Source of the DNA: Candidatus Bathyarchaeota archaeon
GTDB taxonomy: Archaea > Thermoproteota > Bathyarchaeia > Bathyarchaeales > Bathycorpusculaceae
Assembly: GCA_963806535.1 (NCBI GenBank)
Contig: CAWDYC010000011.1
Span: 166,309 to 230,308, forward strand
Direction of reading: 5' to 3'
DNA: 64,000 nucleotides
The notes beneath the pieces were generated by a model. The model was given only the letters and a program-made list of their open reading frames with translations. It had not been told where the DNA came from and ran no database searches. A program made the position numbers and the translations under genes. Positions 1-10,815 of the stretch are shown piece after piece (the stretch's first letter is position 1; every line of letters starts with the position of its first letter).

Positions 1-14
1 GCTACAAAATATTC

Positions 15-881
15 TCAATTTAATCGTTGCTTATGCACTGACATGTACCTTTTGATAAAATAGGTTACAAAGCCTTCTTCTGGTCTTTGCAGGGCTTTAT
101 AATAGGATTTTCTGTTCCTATATTCTATTATAAGCATGGGATAACTGTTCTTCCATAAGATATAATTCATCAGTAGCCTACCAATCCTGCCATTTCCATC
201 TCCGAAAGGATGAATCTTCTCAAAAATGTAGTGTGCTCTAGCAGCAACCTCGACCGAGTTTAGTTTTGACTCGTTTATGAACAAGTTGAGTTGTCTTATG
301 AGGTATTCTACTTTTTTCCAATCTGGCGCAACGTAAGGTCCTACCCTGACTGAATAATTCCTAAATTGCCCTGCAATGTCAGGTTTTGTTTCTCTGAATA
401 TATTTGCGTGCCATTTCAAGAGAAGATGCTCTGACAAATTCTCGTCAGTCTTAAGCATTTGCAAAAAAACTGCTGCATGAGATTCAGTTTCCCGAATGTC
501 TCGGATTGACTTACTAGGTGCTATTTTATCCTCTAGTATTTGCCTTGCTTCTTCAAGAGTTATAGTTGAGCCTTCGATGGCGTTCGTGTTATAGGTAAAA
601 GCTATCGCTATTTCCTGCAACTCTTTTTCTTTAGCTGACTGGGGAACTTTTGTCCATTCTGTTTGAAAATTGTTTTTGATTTTTTCAAGTTTTGCATTTA
701 ACTCTTTATGAGGTTCATGCATGAGTTTGGCTTTGATTTCTTCAATGTTTTCAGGGATTTTTTTGCCAAGATAGAGTTCTTTTGTGACGACCTTTCCGTC
801 TTTTCTAAAAGAATGCTGCAGATAGAAATACTCGGATTTTCCTTTTCTGCGTTTGATTGTTCGCATAAGTATTTTTACCAT
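15..881 (-). CDS. Fic family protein (class II-like)
   Basis: HPFGDGNGRIGR Fic motif plus TNAIEG inhibitory-type motif. Start moved to ATG 881 because the longer ORF reads through a tRNA remnant. Confidence 0.9.
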   Translation of the reverse strand: MVKILMRTIKRRKGKSEYFYLQHSFRKDGKVVTKELYLGKKIPENIEEIKAKLMHEPHKELNAKLEKIKNNFQTEWTKVPQSAKEKELQEIAIAFTYNTNAIEGSTITLEEARQILEDKIAPSKSIRDIRETESHAAVFLQMLKTDENLSEHLLLKWHANIFRETKPDIAGQFRNYSVRVGPYVAPDWKKVEYLIRQLNLFINESKLNSVEVAARAHYIFEKIHPFGDGNGRIGRLLMNYILWKNSYPMLIIEYRNRKSYYKALQRPEEGFVTYFIKRYMSVHKQRLN

Positions 882-949
882 TACAAACAATATAAATATT
901 TCATTTTTACTTGTATTGTAATGGTAATTACGTGGCAATTTGCCATCAA

Positions 950-1031
950 GTGCTATTCCAAGCCTGGTAGTCGGCAGCATGCTAAGTCTGTGGTCAAAAA
1001 GCCGCATGGGTTCAAATCTCACACCCCACGC
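950..1031 (+). pseudogene. Decayed tRNA-Ser(GCT)-like sequence
   Basis: AGCCTGGTAG D-loop, GCT-AA-GTCTG anticodon half-arm (GCT at 981-983), long variable arm and GGGTTCAAAT T-loop; stems broken. Confidence 0.6.
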
Positions 1032-1258
1032 TTTGCTCTTTTTGGGAAATCAGGCTTGGTCATTAGCTATTTTAGCAAAATAAGCCAGAAAAACATCGAT
1101 TCATAATTCAGCTCGCGCAATAATTAAGATGATGCCGCCGTAACCTCCAAACATTCCAAACCGCGCGCGCTGTATAGGGATTATCTCTATATTTTGTTTA
1201 TTCTTAAAAAAAGAAAAAGTATCGTTGCTAGTTAAGATGAGGGCTTAGTTGTAAAGTC

Positions 1259-1540
1259 TTATCCGAATTTCGCTAGCACTTGCCTTCCGAAGTCGGTTAT
1301 TTCGACGGTGTTGAAATCGTAGGGGCCATATCTTTTTGTCGGCTCAGGTATGTCGATGAGCTTGGATTTTGATAGGTGCCGCACTGCGTCGTTTAGGGCT
1401 TCAGGCATCAAACCTGTTTTTTTGTGTAAGAGGTCTACCGTCACCAAGAGACCTTTCTCAAATTGAGAAAGGGCTACAAGAACTCTTTTGGCTGACGGGT
1501 CAATCATGTCGAAATCTTCTTTTTCAAAATCTTCATCCAT
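1259..1540 (-). CDS. Small winged-helix-like hypothetical protein
   Basis: Helix pattern ending VEITDFGRQVL, typical of wHTH wings. Confidence 0.5.
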   Translation of the reverse strand: MDEDFEKEDFDMIDPSAKRVLVALSQFEKGLLVTVDLLHKKTGLMPEALNDAVRHLSKSKLIDIPEPTKRYGPYDFNTVEITDFGRQVLAKFG

Positions 1541-1700
1541 TCCAAAACACCACTCGTAACTAGGACAGTCTCGCATAAAAACAATTTGAAAAAACCAAAT
1601 GGAAAATAGCCCACAAAAAATGGGCTTTGTTGAGCGAAAAATGTAAGTATTTATTCAAGCCATCCATACTTAGCTCCTCGAAGAGGGTGTTTTCTCTTGC

Positions 1701-1741
1701 GTGAAATTTAAACGTGAATGTAAATCCAACACCCCGCGCCA
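1701..1741 (+). repeat. att-like site: element arm plus tRNA 3' end remnant (copy A)
   Basis: gtgaaatttaaacgtgaatgtaaatccaacaccccgcgcca; 30/38 identical to 4604-4641; ends in a tRNA-like CCA. Confidence 0.7.
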
Positions 1742-1830
1742 TCTCCAAATTCAGCCTACTTCTTAACCTATTTTCAATTAACAAGATCAAATTATCGTAC
1801 GAAATTATGCTTTACCGCCTAAGGTATAGT

Positions 1831-1847
1831 GTTTAAATTCCACATGA
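1831..1847 (-). repeat. Inverted 17-bp arm
   Basis: gtttaaattccacatga is the exact reverse complement of 4600-4616. Confidence 0.8.
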
Positions 1848-1999
1848 ACTAATTGGGATACAGGATTAGAAATGGAATGTGCGTTCAGTATTTTAAGTGA
1901 AATGGGATTTGTAGCTGTAATTGTGTAACCACATACCTTGAAATATCGAGCCATCGGTAACAATCAATTACTGTTTAGTAGCGATAAAACGATGATAAA

Positions 2000-2597
2000 A
2001 TGAGAAAATTAGCTGTACTGACTTTCGTAACCCTCGACGGTATCATGCAGGCTCCAGGAGGACCAAAAGAGGATTACCGGAGATTTCAAATACGGTGGAT
2101 GGTCGGTTGGTTACTGGGACGAATTTTTGGGAAGGGTTATGGAGAAACAAATGGCAAACCCATTTGATCTCTTGCTTGGTCGCAAAGCCTATGAGCTATT
2201 CGCGGCTTACTGGCCAAATGCAAAAGAACCAGGAGCCTATAGATTAAATGCAGCCAAAAAATATGTTATCTCCACAACCCTTAGCAAACTCTCTTGGAAT
2301 AATTCTACTCTAATCACAGGCGACGCTGTGGACGAAATTGAGAAACTCAAGGACCAGGACGGCCCTGAGATACAGGTTCATGGAAGTTCCAACCTTATCC
2401 AAACACTCCTAAAAAACGATCTAATTGACGAATTCCGTCTAAAGATATTTCCAATTACGATTGGAGCAGGAAAACGCCTTTTTGGAGATGGCACTATACC
2501 ATCCTCATTCCGACTCCTCGAAAGCCAAACTTCTACTACTGGCGTAATAGTGGTCACATTCACAAGAGACGGAAGCATAAAAACGGGTTCCTTTTAG
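2000..2597 (+). CDS. Dihydrofolate reductase/RibD C-terminal-like protein (one indel near 2075)
   Basis: MRKLAVLTFVTLDGIMQAPGG start; LLLGRKAYE, VHGSSNL and GAGKRLF motifs. Confidence 0.85.
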
Positions 2598-2737
2598 CCT
2601 CCATGCAATGAGACAATTCTAATAGATCAAAGAAATGACGTTAAAAACGCCTAAATATTTTAATTTTCAACCAAGGGATGCGGCGCGAAAAGTTTTTAGG
2701 AAAAGCTCGGCAAATATTCTTTTGTTGTTTTTGGTTT

Positions 2738-3118
2738 ATGAAAAAGGATTTTGAGTCGATTGATGAGTACATCTGTTCTTTTCCTAAGAACGTTCAAACT
2801 GTTTTAGAACAAATAAGGCAAGCAATCAAGGTCGCTGCACCCAAAGCAGAAGAAGCAATTAGTTACAATATGCCAATATTCAAGCTGAATGGCAATTTGG
2901 TCTGGTTTGGAGCATTCAAGAATCATATAGGTTTCTATCCGCGGAAGTCGGCTATCGAGGAATTCAAAGAAAAACTGTCAGGTTATGAAGTAAGCAAAGT
3001 CCAGGGTACCGTCAAATTTCCATTGGACAAGCCAATGCCATTAGATTTGATAAAGGAAATGGTAAAGTTCAGAGTAAAGGAAAACCTGAAAGAAAAGAGC
3101 AGTTTCAGATATTCATAA
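2738..3118 (+). CDS. DUF1801/YdhG-like protein
   Basis: IDEYI...APKAEEAISYNMP...AFKNHIGFYP...GTVKFP. Confidence 0.8.
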   Translation: MKKDFESIDEYICSFPKNVQTVLEQIRQAIKVAAPKAEEAISYNMPIFKLNGNLVWFGAFKNHIGFYPRKSAIEEFKEKLSGYEVSKVQGTVKFPLDKPMPLDLIKEMVKFRVKENLKEKSSFRYS

Positions 3119-3240
3119 TTTCAAATTAGGAGTACCCGAACGTAGTTCGGGAGCCTTTGCCGAATGCGTGCGCTCTTGGAATCATGGAGCCTGATCGAAT
3201 CCAAGTGTACATGATGACGAACAGCCGCAGTAGATTTTCC

Positions 3241-3669
3241 TCAGCCACCTGAGGACGTGTTAAGGGCCACGGCGGCGCGAATGAGGGTCTTGAAAGCGCC
3301 CTCGTCAATCTTGTCGCCTTCATGGATGTCGATGGCGCGCCTGACGGTCCCGGGCTGGTTGAAAAGGTGAGATGGGTCCTTTAGCGAAGCGCCCTTGAAG
3401 AAAGTGAGCTTAACGTGATCTTTGTATGTCTCGTCTGTGCAAATGCCGCCGTTGTGGGACCAGACGGGCGTCCCAGGATTGGTTGGCTTTACCCACTTCC
3501 ACTCTTCAACAATCTCCGGATCAGCTTCTTTGATGAGCCGGCGCACTTCGGCTAACGTTTCTCCACGCCAGTCGCCTAGCTCCTTGATTCTTGCATCTAT
3601 CATTCGAGATGCAGATTCGAATCCTTGGGAACCACTTTTTCCCTTTGAATCTTGCTTCTTGGTCATCAT
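3241..3669 (-). CDS. DUF1801 family protein
   Basis: LGDWRGETL...EEWKW...PVWSH...LTFFKGASLKDP. Confidence 0.85.
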   Translation of the reverse strand: MMTKKQDSKGKSGSQGFESASRMIDARIKELGDWRGETLAEVRRLIKEADPEIVEEWKWVKPTNPGTPVWSHNGGICTDETYKDHVKLTFFKGASLKDPSHLFNQPGTVRRAIDIHEGDKIDEGAFKTLIRAAVALNTSSGG

Positions 3670-3679
3670 ATCACAGCTT

Positions 3680-4051
3680 CTATGATTGTAGAATGTTCCA
3701 GACGTTGCCATCAGGATCGTTGACGCTGAAGAATCTGCCTCCGGGCGGATATGGCATGATCTCGCTGTTTGGCTTGATGCCCTTTGCTTTAATTGCCTTG
3801 TATGCTGCCTCAACATCCGGTGTTGAAAGATTGAAAGTTCTTTTTGTATCAAAATTTTTTTCTTCGGATATAAAATCAAGTGCAACATATGTGCCGCCAC
3901 CAGGAGGAACAACAAAGACTCCGCGGTTTCCTTTTCCCCACATGGTGTCTTGAGTTGCTTCAAAACCTAATACATCAGTATAGAACGCTTTAGCTTTATC
4001 CATATCGCGTATAAGCAAATGGGTCAGAATTATTTTATCTACAATTTTCAT
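3680..4051 (-). CDS. VOC/glyoxalase family protein
   Basis: DMDKAKAFYTDVLGF and DPDGN motifs. Confidence 0.85.
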   Translation of the reverse strand: MKIVDKIILTHLLIRDMDKAKAFYTDVLGFEATQDTMWGKGNRGVFVVPPGGGTYVALDFISEEKNFDTKRTFNLSTPDVEAAYKAIKAKGIKPNSEIMPYPPGGRFFSVNDPDGNVWNILQS

Positions 4052-4599
4052 AAAAATCGCCTTGTTATAAAATCTAGCATAGCCTGGCATAAATTTTTTT
4101 CGCCCTAATAGTCTCCGTGCTTTTGGGCAATTACACCAAATATACTCGCAATTTTCTTCAGTCCGAAACCTTTCAGTTATGCTGTGGGCTATCCGCATGA
4201 ACCAATGATTGACTCGAAGCGATAACAGGTTTTGAACCCATTTGAGACTGAGTAAAAACTAATTTCAACTCCAGAAAATTGCTAGTTTTGTACAAATAAT
4301 GTTGGCCTAAAAAACGATAGAATACATATTTAAAGCAATTTTCTGAGCTCGATTTGAGTTTTTACAGAGTCTGATTTCGATCTGGGGACTCAACGGCTCC
4401 AAATCATGGTATAGTTCAAGGATTATTGTAGTGTTCCTAGGTCGCATTCTTAAAACAAAATACTATTTTACTTTTGAACGACCAATGTGTATTACAGATT
4501 TTATCGCAACACTTATGTCTATAAATTATGGATGAACACTAAACTTCAATAATTTTCTCGTTTAGAAGAACTTATAGTATCCACAATCAAACTCGTATC

Positions 4600-4641
4600 T
4601 CATGTGGAATTTAAACGTGGGTGTAAACCTAACATCTCACG
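4600..4641 (+). repeat. att-like site (copy B)
   Basis: tcatgtggaatttaaacgtgggtgtaaacctaacatctcacg; homologous to 1701-1738. Confidence 0.7.
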
Positions 4642-4781
4642 TAAAATTCTCATTTTGCCAATTCAGTCTCAATTAGTGTTTATTTCAGCAAATGATGCTC
4701 AGGAAAACGCTCAAAGCCTTTGACCTCTATGAGCGCGCTTGTTCAAAACACAGAGATTAGTGAAATAACTATCAATAAATG

Positions 4782-7052
4782 TCAAGATTGAACTAGGTAG
4801 TTGACATCGCCATTTTTTCTCGTCTTTGGAATTGTTATCACGAATTTAACACCTTTTCCAGATTCACCAATTTCCTCAATTTCCCATCCGTAGACTTCAA
4901 TCATTTTCTTGGATAAGAACAAGCCAAATCCTGTGCTGCCTTCGGTGCTGAAGCCTTCTTTGAAAAGCTGTGTTTTATTCTCAGCCGATATTCCGACACC
5001 GTCATCTTCATAGAACAATTTCAAGTGGGACTCATCTTCTTCAAAGTGCACTTTTATCTTTGTTGCAGTCTTTCCGTATTTGGCAGTGTTGTCAATGAAA
5101 TTATAAAACATTTGTCGCAGGAAAGAATCTGATACAACATTAAGACTATGGCAACCGTTAATAATGGTGGGAAGCGAGCATGAAAAGAGATTTTTGGCTT
5201 CATCAAATACACTCCCCACGTTAACAAAAACTAGTTTTTCAACACCTAACTGCTCATATACCCTGGCAGAATCTAAAATTCTCACGATCTGATTAACGGA
5301 TAAACTAATCTTGTCAAGATCATTAGCTATGTCCGTTTGGTCTTTGTGTTTCTTCTTCATCAAATACGAGTATCCATTTATCGCGCTTAGTTTATTGCGA
5401 ACATCATGCCTCGTTAACTCTCCAACAAACTTGAGTTTTTCATTCATCATTTCCAAGTGCTTGTGATTTTGCTGTAAGCGTTCTTCAATCTTTTTTAAAG
5501 CAGATATATCAACAAAGTTTTCAACAAGCAAAGTTCTTCCATTGTGTTTTGTTTTCACAACGCTTTTGATTACTGGGTGTCTTTCACCATTCGCAGTAAT
5601 AATCACTCTTTCTGCTTTATCTATAGTCTGCGCCAAATCCGTGATTGGGCACTTTCCAATTTCTGCTGGGCAAATGAATTTGTGACAAACTTTGCCTACA
5701 ACTTCCTCTTTAGTTGCATCGATTAAACCTAATGCAGCTGGGTTTGTGTCAATGATTTCGTGAGTTTCGCTATCCACTACAATAATTCCTGAAAGTACAG
5801 AATTCAGCAGTGTTTCGAAGTATATCTTTATGTTCTCAAGATCTTTTCTGGCTTCTTTTCGTTCAGTTATGTCGATTACTGATCCTTCCAAAATTTGCTG
5901 TTCTGGACAAACCTTAATCGACCCAATGCAAGTTCTAATCTCGCCCTGCTTGTTTAACAACTTGCATTCAAAACCACTCAACCGACCATTGCTTTGAAGC
6001 AAGCCTAGCATTTCTTGTCTCTGAAGAGGGTCTGCCCAATGAAACACCGAAGGGTTACCCTGCATCTCTTCCCGAGTATGACCAAAAATCTTGAGAAACT
6101 GCTCATTGCAGTCAAGAATCTCCGACCCATCTATCTTTGAAACAAACATTCCAGCTTCGGCATTGTCAAATATGCTCCGATATTTTGACTCACTTTCAAT
6201 CAGTTTCATTTCAATGCTTTTGCGTTGTGTAATATCAAGGAAAACGCCTTGTACGACTTTCTGCCCGTTATACTCGACGAGGCTACTACAAACTTCTATC
6301 CAAGTCACTGAGCCATTCTTTCTTACTCCCTTAAATTCATAAGCTGATTCCTGTTTTACCCCTGCTAATCGCTGACTTAACCGGTGAAGGAAAGCCTCTC
6401 TATCATCAGGATGGATCAAATTTGCAATTTCAGCTGGTGAAAAAGAGAGCAGTTCTTGACTTGAAAAGCCAGTCATTCTTTCCATTGCATTGTTGGCAAA
6501 AACAATATGCGGTGGAGGACCCTGAACAATAATTACTCCTTGAGACATGTCTTCTATCAGTCTGCGGTACTTTTGTTCGGAATCAAAAAGTAACTTCTTC
6601 GCACGTTTGTGGTCTAGTGTTTTGTGAAGAGCATCTGACAACTCGCCGTAAACTGTTTCCGGGTCGCCGTTCTTGTTGATGTAAGCGTCTGAACCAAGAT
6701 TTAGAGCTTTTATCGCCACCTCTTCTCTGCCTTTTCCAGTGAATAAGATAAATGGAATTTCATTCTTCGCTTCTCTCAGTTCTTTTAAGAATTCTAACCC
6801 GCTCTTTTGGGGCATCTCATAATCAGAAATAATCACATCATAATTGCAAGATTTCAGTTTCTTGAAGGCGTCTTGAACACAGCTGGAATGGTCAATTTCG
6901 AAATTGCCCATATCAATTAAAATCTTCTTTGTAATCTCCTGAATAGAGACGTCATCATCAACATGTAAAATATGAATAAGATCAGACTTACCTGAAGAAA
7001 CTAAATCTGTTAAGGTAACCGTAATTTGCTGTGCTTGATTTTTCGTTTGCAT
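4782..7052 (-). CDS. Hybrid REC-PAS-PAS-PAS histidine kinase
   Basis: HVDDD and SDYEMP receiver, three PAS repeats, RHDVRN H-box, DDGVG and GTGFGL ATPase boxes. Confidence 0.92.
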   Translation of the reverse strand: MQTKNQAQQITVTLTDLVSSGKSDLIHILHVDDDVSIQEITKKILIDMGNFEIDHSSCVQDAFKKLKSCNYDVIISDYEMPQKSGLEFLKELREAKNEIPFILFTGKGREEVAIKALNLGSDAYINKNGDPETVYGELSDALHKTLDHKRAKKLLFDSEQKYRRLIEDMSQGVIIVQGPPPHIVFANNAMERMTGFSSQELLSFSPAEIANLIHPDDREAFLHRLSQRLAGVKQESAYEFKGVRKNGSVTWIEVCSSLVEYNGQKVVQGVFLDITQRKSIEMKLIESESKYRSIFDNAEAGMFVSKIDGSEILDCNEQFLKIFGHTREEMQGNPSVFHWADPLQRQEMLGLLQSNGRLSGFECKLLNKQGEIRTCIGSIKVCPEQQILEGSVIDITERKEARKDLENIKIYFETLLNSVLSGIIVVDSETHEIIDTNPAALGLIDATKEEVVGKVCHKFICPAEIGKCPITDLAQTIDKAERVIITANGERHPVIKSVVKTKHNGRTLLVENFVDISALKKIEERLQQNHKHLEMMNEKLKFVGELTRHDVRNKLSAINGYSYLMKKKHKDQTDIANDLDKISLSVNQIVRILDSARVYEQLGVEKLVFVNVGSVFDEAKNLFSCSLPTIINGCHSLNVVSDSFLRQMFYNFIDNTAKYGKTATKIKVHFEEDESHLKLFYEDDGVGISAENKTQLFKEGFSTEGSTGFGLFLSKKMIEVYGWEIEEIGESGKGVKFVITIPKTRKNGDVNYLVQS

Positions 7053-7656
7053 TGATTTGTTCTCAGATTCACATCTCTCTCTAATGAATTCGTTATAAAG
7101 GCGTTATGAATCCAAAATATTGAGCGATAGATTCTTTGTCAAAATGTATGATACGGTTATATTTGAAGTGCCAGGTCAAAAAACTTCTCTCTTTCATCTA
7201 TTCCTTGAAATGATATCGATTTGAAAAAACAATTGCCCTTTTTTGTTCCGTAACCTGGTGCTTCAAGTTCTCTTGTTTTATCTCTGCTTCCATTCTTTTT
7301 TTCCTTTGTTCTTCGTTTGGTTTGTTTTTTTTGTTTCGCTTTTCAGTTTGTTTTTGGCTTTAGCTTTCATTTTGATAATCCTCCTTCAATATCAAATTGT
7401 ATTGCATCCTTATTCGGTTTGCCTTCCTTATACTCAGTTTATTCACGGCATAAGTCCATACTCTTAAGAAATTTGGTCTTTCAAGCCAAAACGGGTAATA
7501 AACCATGGCATTTACGCACTTAAATACATATACTTATAAGTGTCTATGCACATATATGTTTATATAAATAAGTGAACTGAAAGCGAAAAAATGATGCAAC
7601 AGCACACAAGCATTCGTAACTCACTTATTTTCAAAAACAAAAACAAGTGAATAAAA

Positions 7657-7797
7657 TTGGGCCGCATAAACGTTGACATCTCAGACGAATTAGAAAAACA
7701 GTTAAGATTGAAAACTGTGGAGCAATTTGGCGGCAAAAAAGGCGACTTATCGAAAGCTGTCCAAGAAGCAGTAAAAACATGGATCAATACAAAATAG
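7657..7797 (+). CDS. Ribbon-helix-helix protein (below ORF-track cutoff)
   Basis: TTG start; MGRINVDISDELEKQLRLKTVEQFGGKKGDLSKAVQEAVKTWINTK. Confidence 0.7.
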   Translation: MGRINVDISDELEKQLRLKTVEQFGGKKGDLSKAVQEAVKTWINTK

Positions 7798-8033
7798 TAA
7801 AGTCGCCTCCTCAAAATACTGATAACTACCTTGTATGAAGCCTAAGTAAAGGCAGGGCAAGCCAGTTAGCCTGGAACATCCTTGTATGAGGGTTAAGGGC
7901 AATCTAGCTGGAAAAATCCCTTTTGCAAAATAGACAGAAGTAAAGTTGCAGCTTTAACTTTATTACTTGCCCGCTCAGAAAAAAAATTCGAGATTGTCTC
8001 GCAAATTAATAATAAGTAAATGGAGTCAAAAAA

Positions 8034-9005
8034 ATGAGTATAACCCAAATAATAACTGAAAAGGTACCAAAAATTGATCAGCACTTAGCTGATAAATGCC
8101 CTGAATGTACAGGCAAAAATTTAGTTCATGATTATGATTCAGGTGAAACAATTTGTGGTGACTGTGGTCTTGTTTTGTATGAGCAGATGATGGATAAAGG
8201 ACCCGAATGGCGCGCTTTCACTCACGAAGAAAAAGCCTCAAGAAGCCGCGTCGGAATGCCCACATCATATTCAATTTCTGACAAGGGATTATCAACAACC
8301 ATTAGCCAAGTTGATAGAGACGCATTCGGAAGAAAACTGCCGATCTCCACTAGATTACAAATGTGGCGCCTCAGAAAATGGCAAATACGCAGCCGAGTAC
8401 ACTCATCCACCGACCGAAACCTTGCCCAAGCGATGGCTGAAATTGAACGTTTATCAAGCAAAGTCTCCATCTCTCCACCAATAAAAGAGAAAGCCGCCGT
8501 TGCCTACAGAAAAGCACTAGACAAAGGTTTAGTCCGAGGAAGATCAATCAACTCAATCGCCGCAGCAGCTCTTTATGTTGCTTGCCGCAAAAGCGGATCA
8601 CCTAGAACACTTAACGAAATTGCCGAGGCAAGTCTTGTTGATAAAAAGGATGTTGCCAGATGCTATAGACTGTTGCTGCAAGAACTCGATTTTCACATGC
8701 CAATTTCTGACCCACTAACTTATGTTTCAAAAATTGCCGAAAAAACTGGAATATCAGGCAAAACACAGGGCACTGCCATAGGTATACTCAGAGAAGCTAG
8801 ACAAAAGCGGGTCTCTTCGGGAAAAGACCCCATGGGCTTAGCAGCCGCCGCACTCTACATTGCATGCTTAAAAAACGCCGAAAAAGCAACACAAAAAGAC
8901 ATCGCAGAAGCAGCCGGAGTCACAGAAGTCACAGTCAGAAACAGATACAAGGACCTACAGAGGCGGCTGAACCTCGAAGTACCTGATCGAAAAGAAGCTT
9001 TTTAG
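8034..9005 (+). CDS. tfb: Transcription initiation factor IIB
   Basis: CPEC..CGDC zinc ribbon, GPEWRAF, two cyclin repeats, VTEVTVRNRY. Confidence 0.97.
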   Translation: MSITQIITEKVPKIDQHLADKCPECTGKNLVHDYDSGETICGDCGLVLYEQMMDKGPEWRAFTHEEKASRSRVGMPTSYSISDKGLSTTISQVDRDAFGRKLPISTRLQMWRLRKWQIRSRVHSSTDRNLAQAMAEIERLSSKVSISPPIKEKAAVAYRKALDKGLVRGRSINSIAAAALYVACRKSGSPRTLNEIAEASLVDKKDVARCYRLLLQELDFHMPISDPLTYVSKIAEKTGISGKTQGTAIGILREARQKRVSSGKDPMGLAAAALYIACLKNAEKATQKDIAEAAGVTEVTVRNRYKDLQRRLNLEVPDRKEAF

Positions 9006-9058
9006 TTTTCCTTGCTTAGTATTTTCTTTTTTTATTTTAGAGATGAGATATTTAACTC

Positions 9059-9709
9059 ATGCCCAATTATTCCAAACAACCATTCTTGGCGGCAACTGAC
9101 GAAGAATATACCATGCTAATCGAGGTCAGTGAAGAATTTGAGAAACAAAAAATCGACAAAACAGCTCGCGAAAAATCTGGAAAGCCAACGGAAATAGTCC
9201 TACGCAATCACCTCCTAAAGAAAAGCCTTAACCTTTCAATGATCCCAGAAGTCACAATTCAAGGATCTAAGATCAAAAATGATCTGCTTCTCTTAAGGAG
9301 CGGCGTGGACCCAAACCAAAAAAACTTTCCGTCTAATAACGTGAAGATGGTAATAGAGATTAAAAACAACGCAGTCGCCGGCAAAACAATGGAAAACGGA
9401 AAACGAGAAGACCAAAACAAGGTCCTACGCGCCAAATTCAATGAACTCGAAGGAACTACCAATGTTAGGAATTTTGCCCTTATCGTTCTTTCAGAAAGTC
9501 TACTCCCGCCAAAAACTCCTCACAAATGGCGATTCAAAGAAGAAGTGATAGACAAAGAAAACTGCAAAGTCTTTACCCTAGTTGCTCGTCAGCTCTACCC
9601 TCCTGGCGGACTCTATATTAAGTCCAACATAGTAGAAATGCTTCAAAATAATCAAATGAAAAAAACCGGAGAATTTCAACAGCTGATAAATTACCTTAAA
9701 TACTTGTAA
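9059..9709 (+). CDS. Putative PD-(D/E)xK nuclease-fold protein
   Basis: E-rich helix, NDLLLL strand and VIEIK motif. Confidence 0.5.
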   Translation: MPNYSKQPFLAATDEEYTMLIEVSEEFEKQKIDKTAREKSGKPTEIVLRNHLLKKSLNLSMIPEVTIQGSKIKNDLLLLRSGVDPNQKNFPSNNVKMVIEIKNNAVAGKTMENGKREDQNKVLRAKFNELEGTTNVRNFALIVLSESLLPPKTPHKWRFKEEVIDKENCKVFTLVARQLYPPGGLYIKSNIVEMLQNNQMKKTGEFQQLINYLKYL

Positions 9710-9884
9710 CCCTAAAAGGAACGTTTGTGGTCGCTTGGTTCTTTTTCGTTTGGAACTTAAGCGTGTGTGTACTCCTAGTATCCGGTGTCATATCTAAATT
9801 CGGCTTATTTTTCAGTTATTTTAGTAATAATACTGATATTGTTGCAAAAATTTGTTAATTAGCCTCATCAAACTTTTTTTAATT

Positions 9885-10223
9885 TCAGGCTAATTTGAAG
9901 ATGGCGTTAAAGTTGTTTATCACGACCGCCGAAAGCATGAGTAAAGATGTGAGGTAGCCGGCGTTTAGGAATTTCTTTGCAAAAGGCGAAATTTTATTGG
10001 TAAGTCTTGTTTGGGTTTCAGCCTTGTAGAAAATAAGTCCAGTCAACGTGACAGCTATGAGCTTTACCACACTGAATAAGACCATGTTTGATTGGGTTAA
10101 GTTCGCGAGCAGAGGGTTGGTTTCTGATGCTCCAAAAAACACAATCCCGACCAAAGTTGTTAACCAATCTATAGTTCCAATTAGAATGATGGTTGTGCAA
10201 AACAAGACTTCTTTTTTAACCAA
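9885..10223 (-). CDS. Small membrane protein (DUF5658-like)
   Basis: DWLTT..G....ETNPL...K pattern with 3 predicted TM helices. Confidence 0.65.
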   Translation of the reverse strand: MVKKEVLFCTTIILIGTIDWLTTLVGIVFFGASETNPLLANLTQSNMVLFSVVKLIAVTLTGLIFYKAETQTRLTNKISPFAKKFLNAGYLTSLLMLSAVVINNFNAIFKLA

Positions 10224-10815
10224 ACCTACTCCATACCCCTATCGATTCTCTTACACTAAAGTAGCAAGCGATCGAGTTATGTCTTCACAATGGTGACCTG
10301 TAATTGCAGATATGCAGCTGTACATGAACATTCACATAACCAATTCAAAAATGCGACATTTCTCATCATATTTTTGCTACCTATGTTTCAAAGCTTGCAG
10401 CACATGCGTTGAACAACAAGGACAACAAAAGAAATCATAAGTTTAGTGTATCAATAAACATTATTGCTGCTGAAAACACAAAACATTCGTAGCCCACAAA
10501 AACAAAGAAGAAAACCGCCCGACCCTAGCTCCGCTAACCCGCAATTTAACTGACAAAAATAGAGAAAAAGAAAGAAAAAAGACTTAGCTTTTAAGAAGCA
10601 GTAGGCGCTGCAGGACCTGAAGCTGCTAAAGTTGAAGACTGCTGTGCGGATGTTTGATTCCCGACCGGTATTTGTTTTGCCGACTTCAGTGACAATGCCT
10701 TCTATTTGGGATAGCAGTTGGGTTGGGGCTTCTTTGATGTAATTTAGTGCTTTGCTGAATAGTAATTCTGTTAGGGCTGATGCGAAGGGGTTGACTGCAA
10801 CATTTGTCCACCGCT

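Noticed and set aside
882-1790. ORF-track extensions MRFEPMRL... and ...MARGVGFTF
   Set aside because: These are antisense translations of tRNA-derived sequence.
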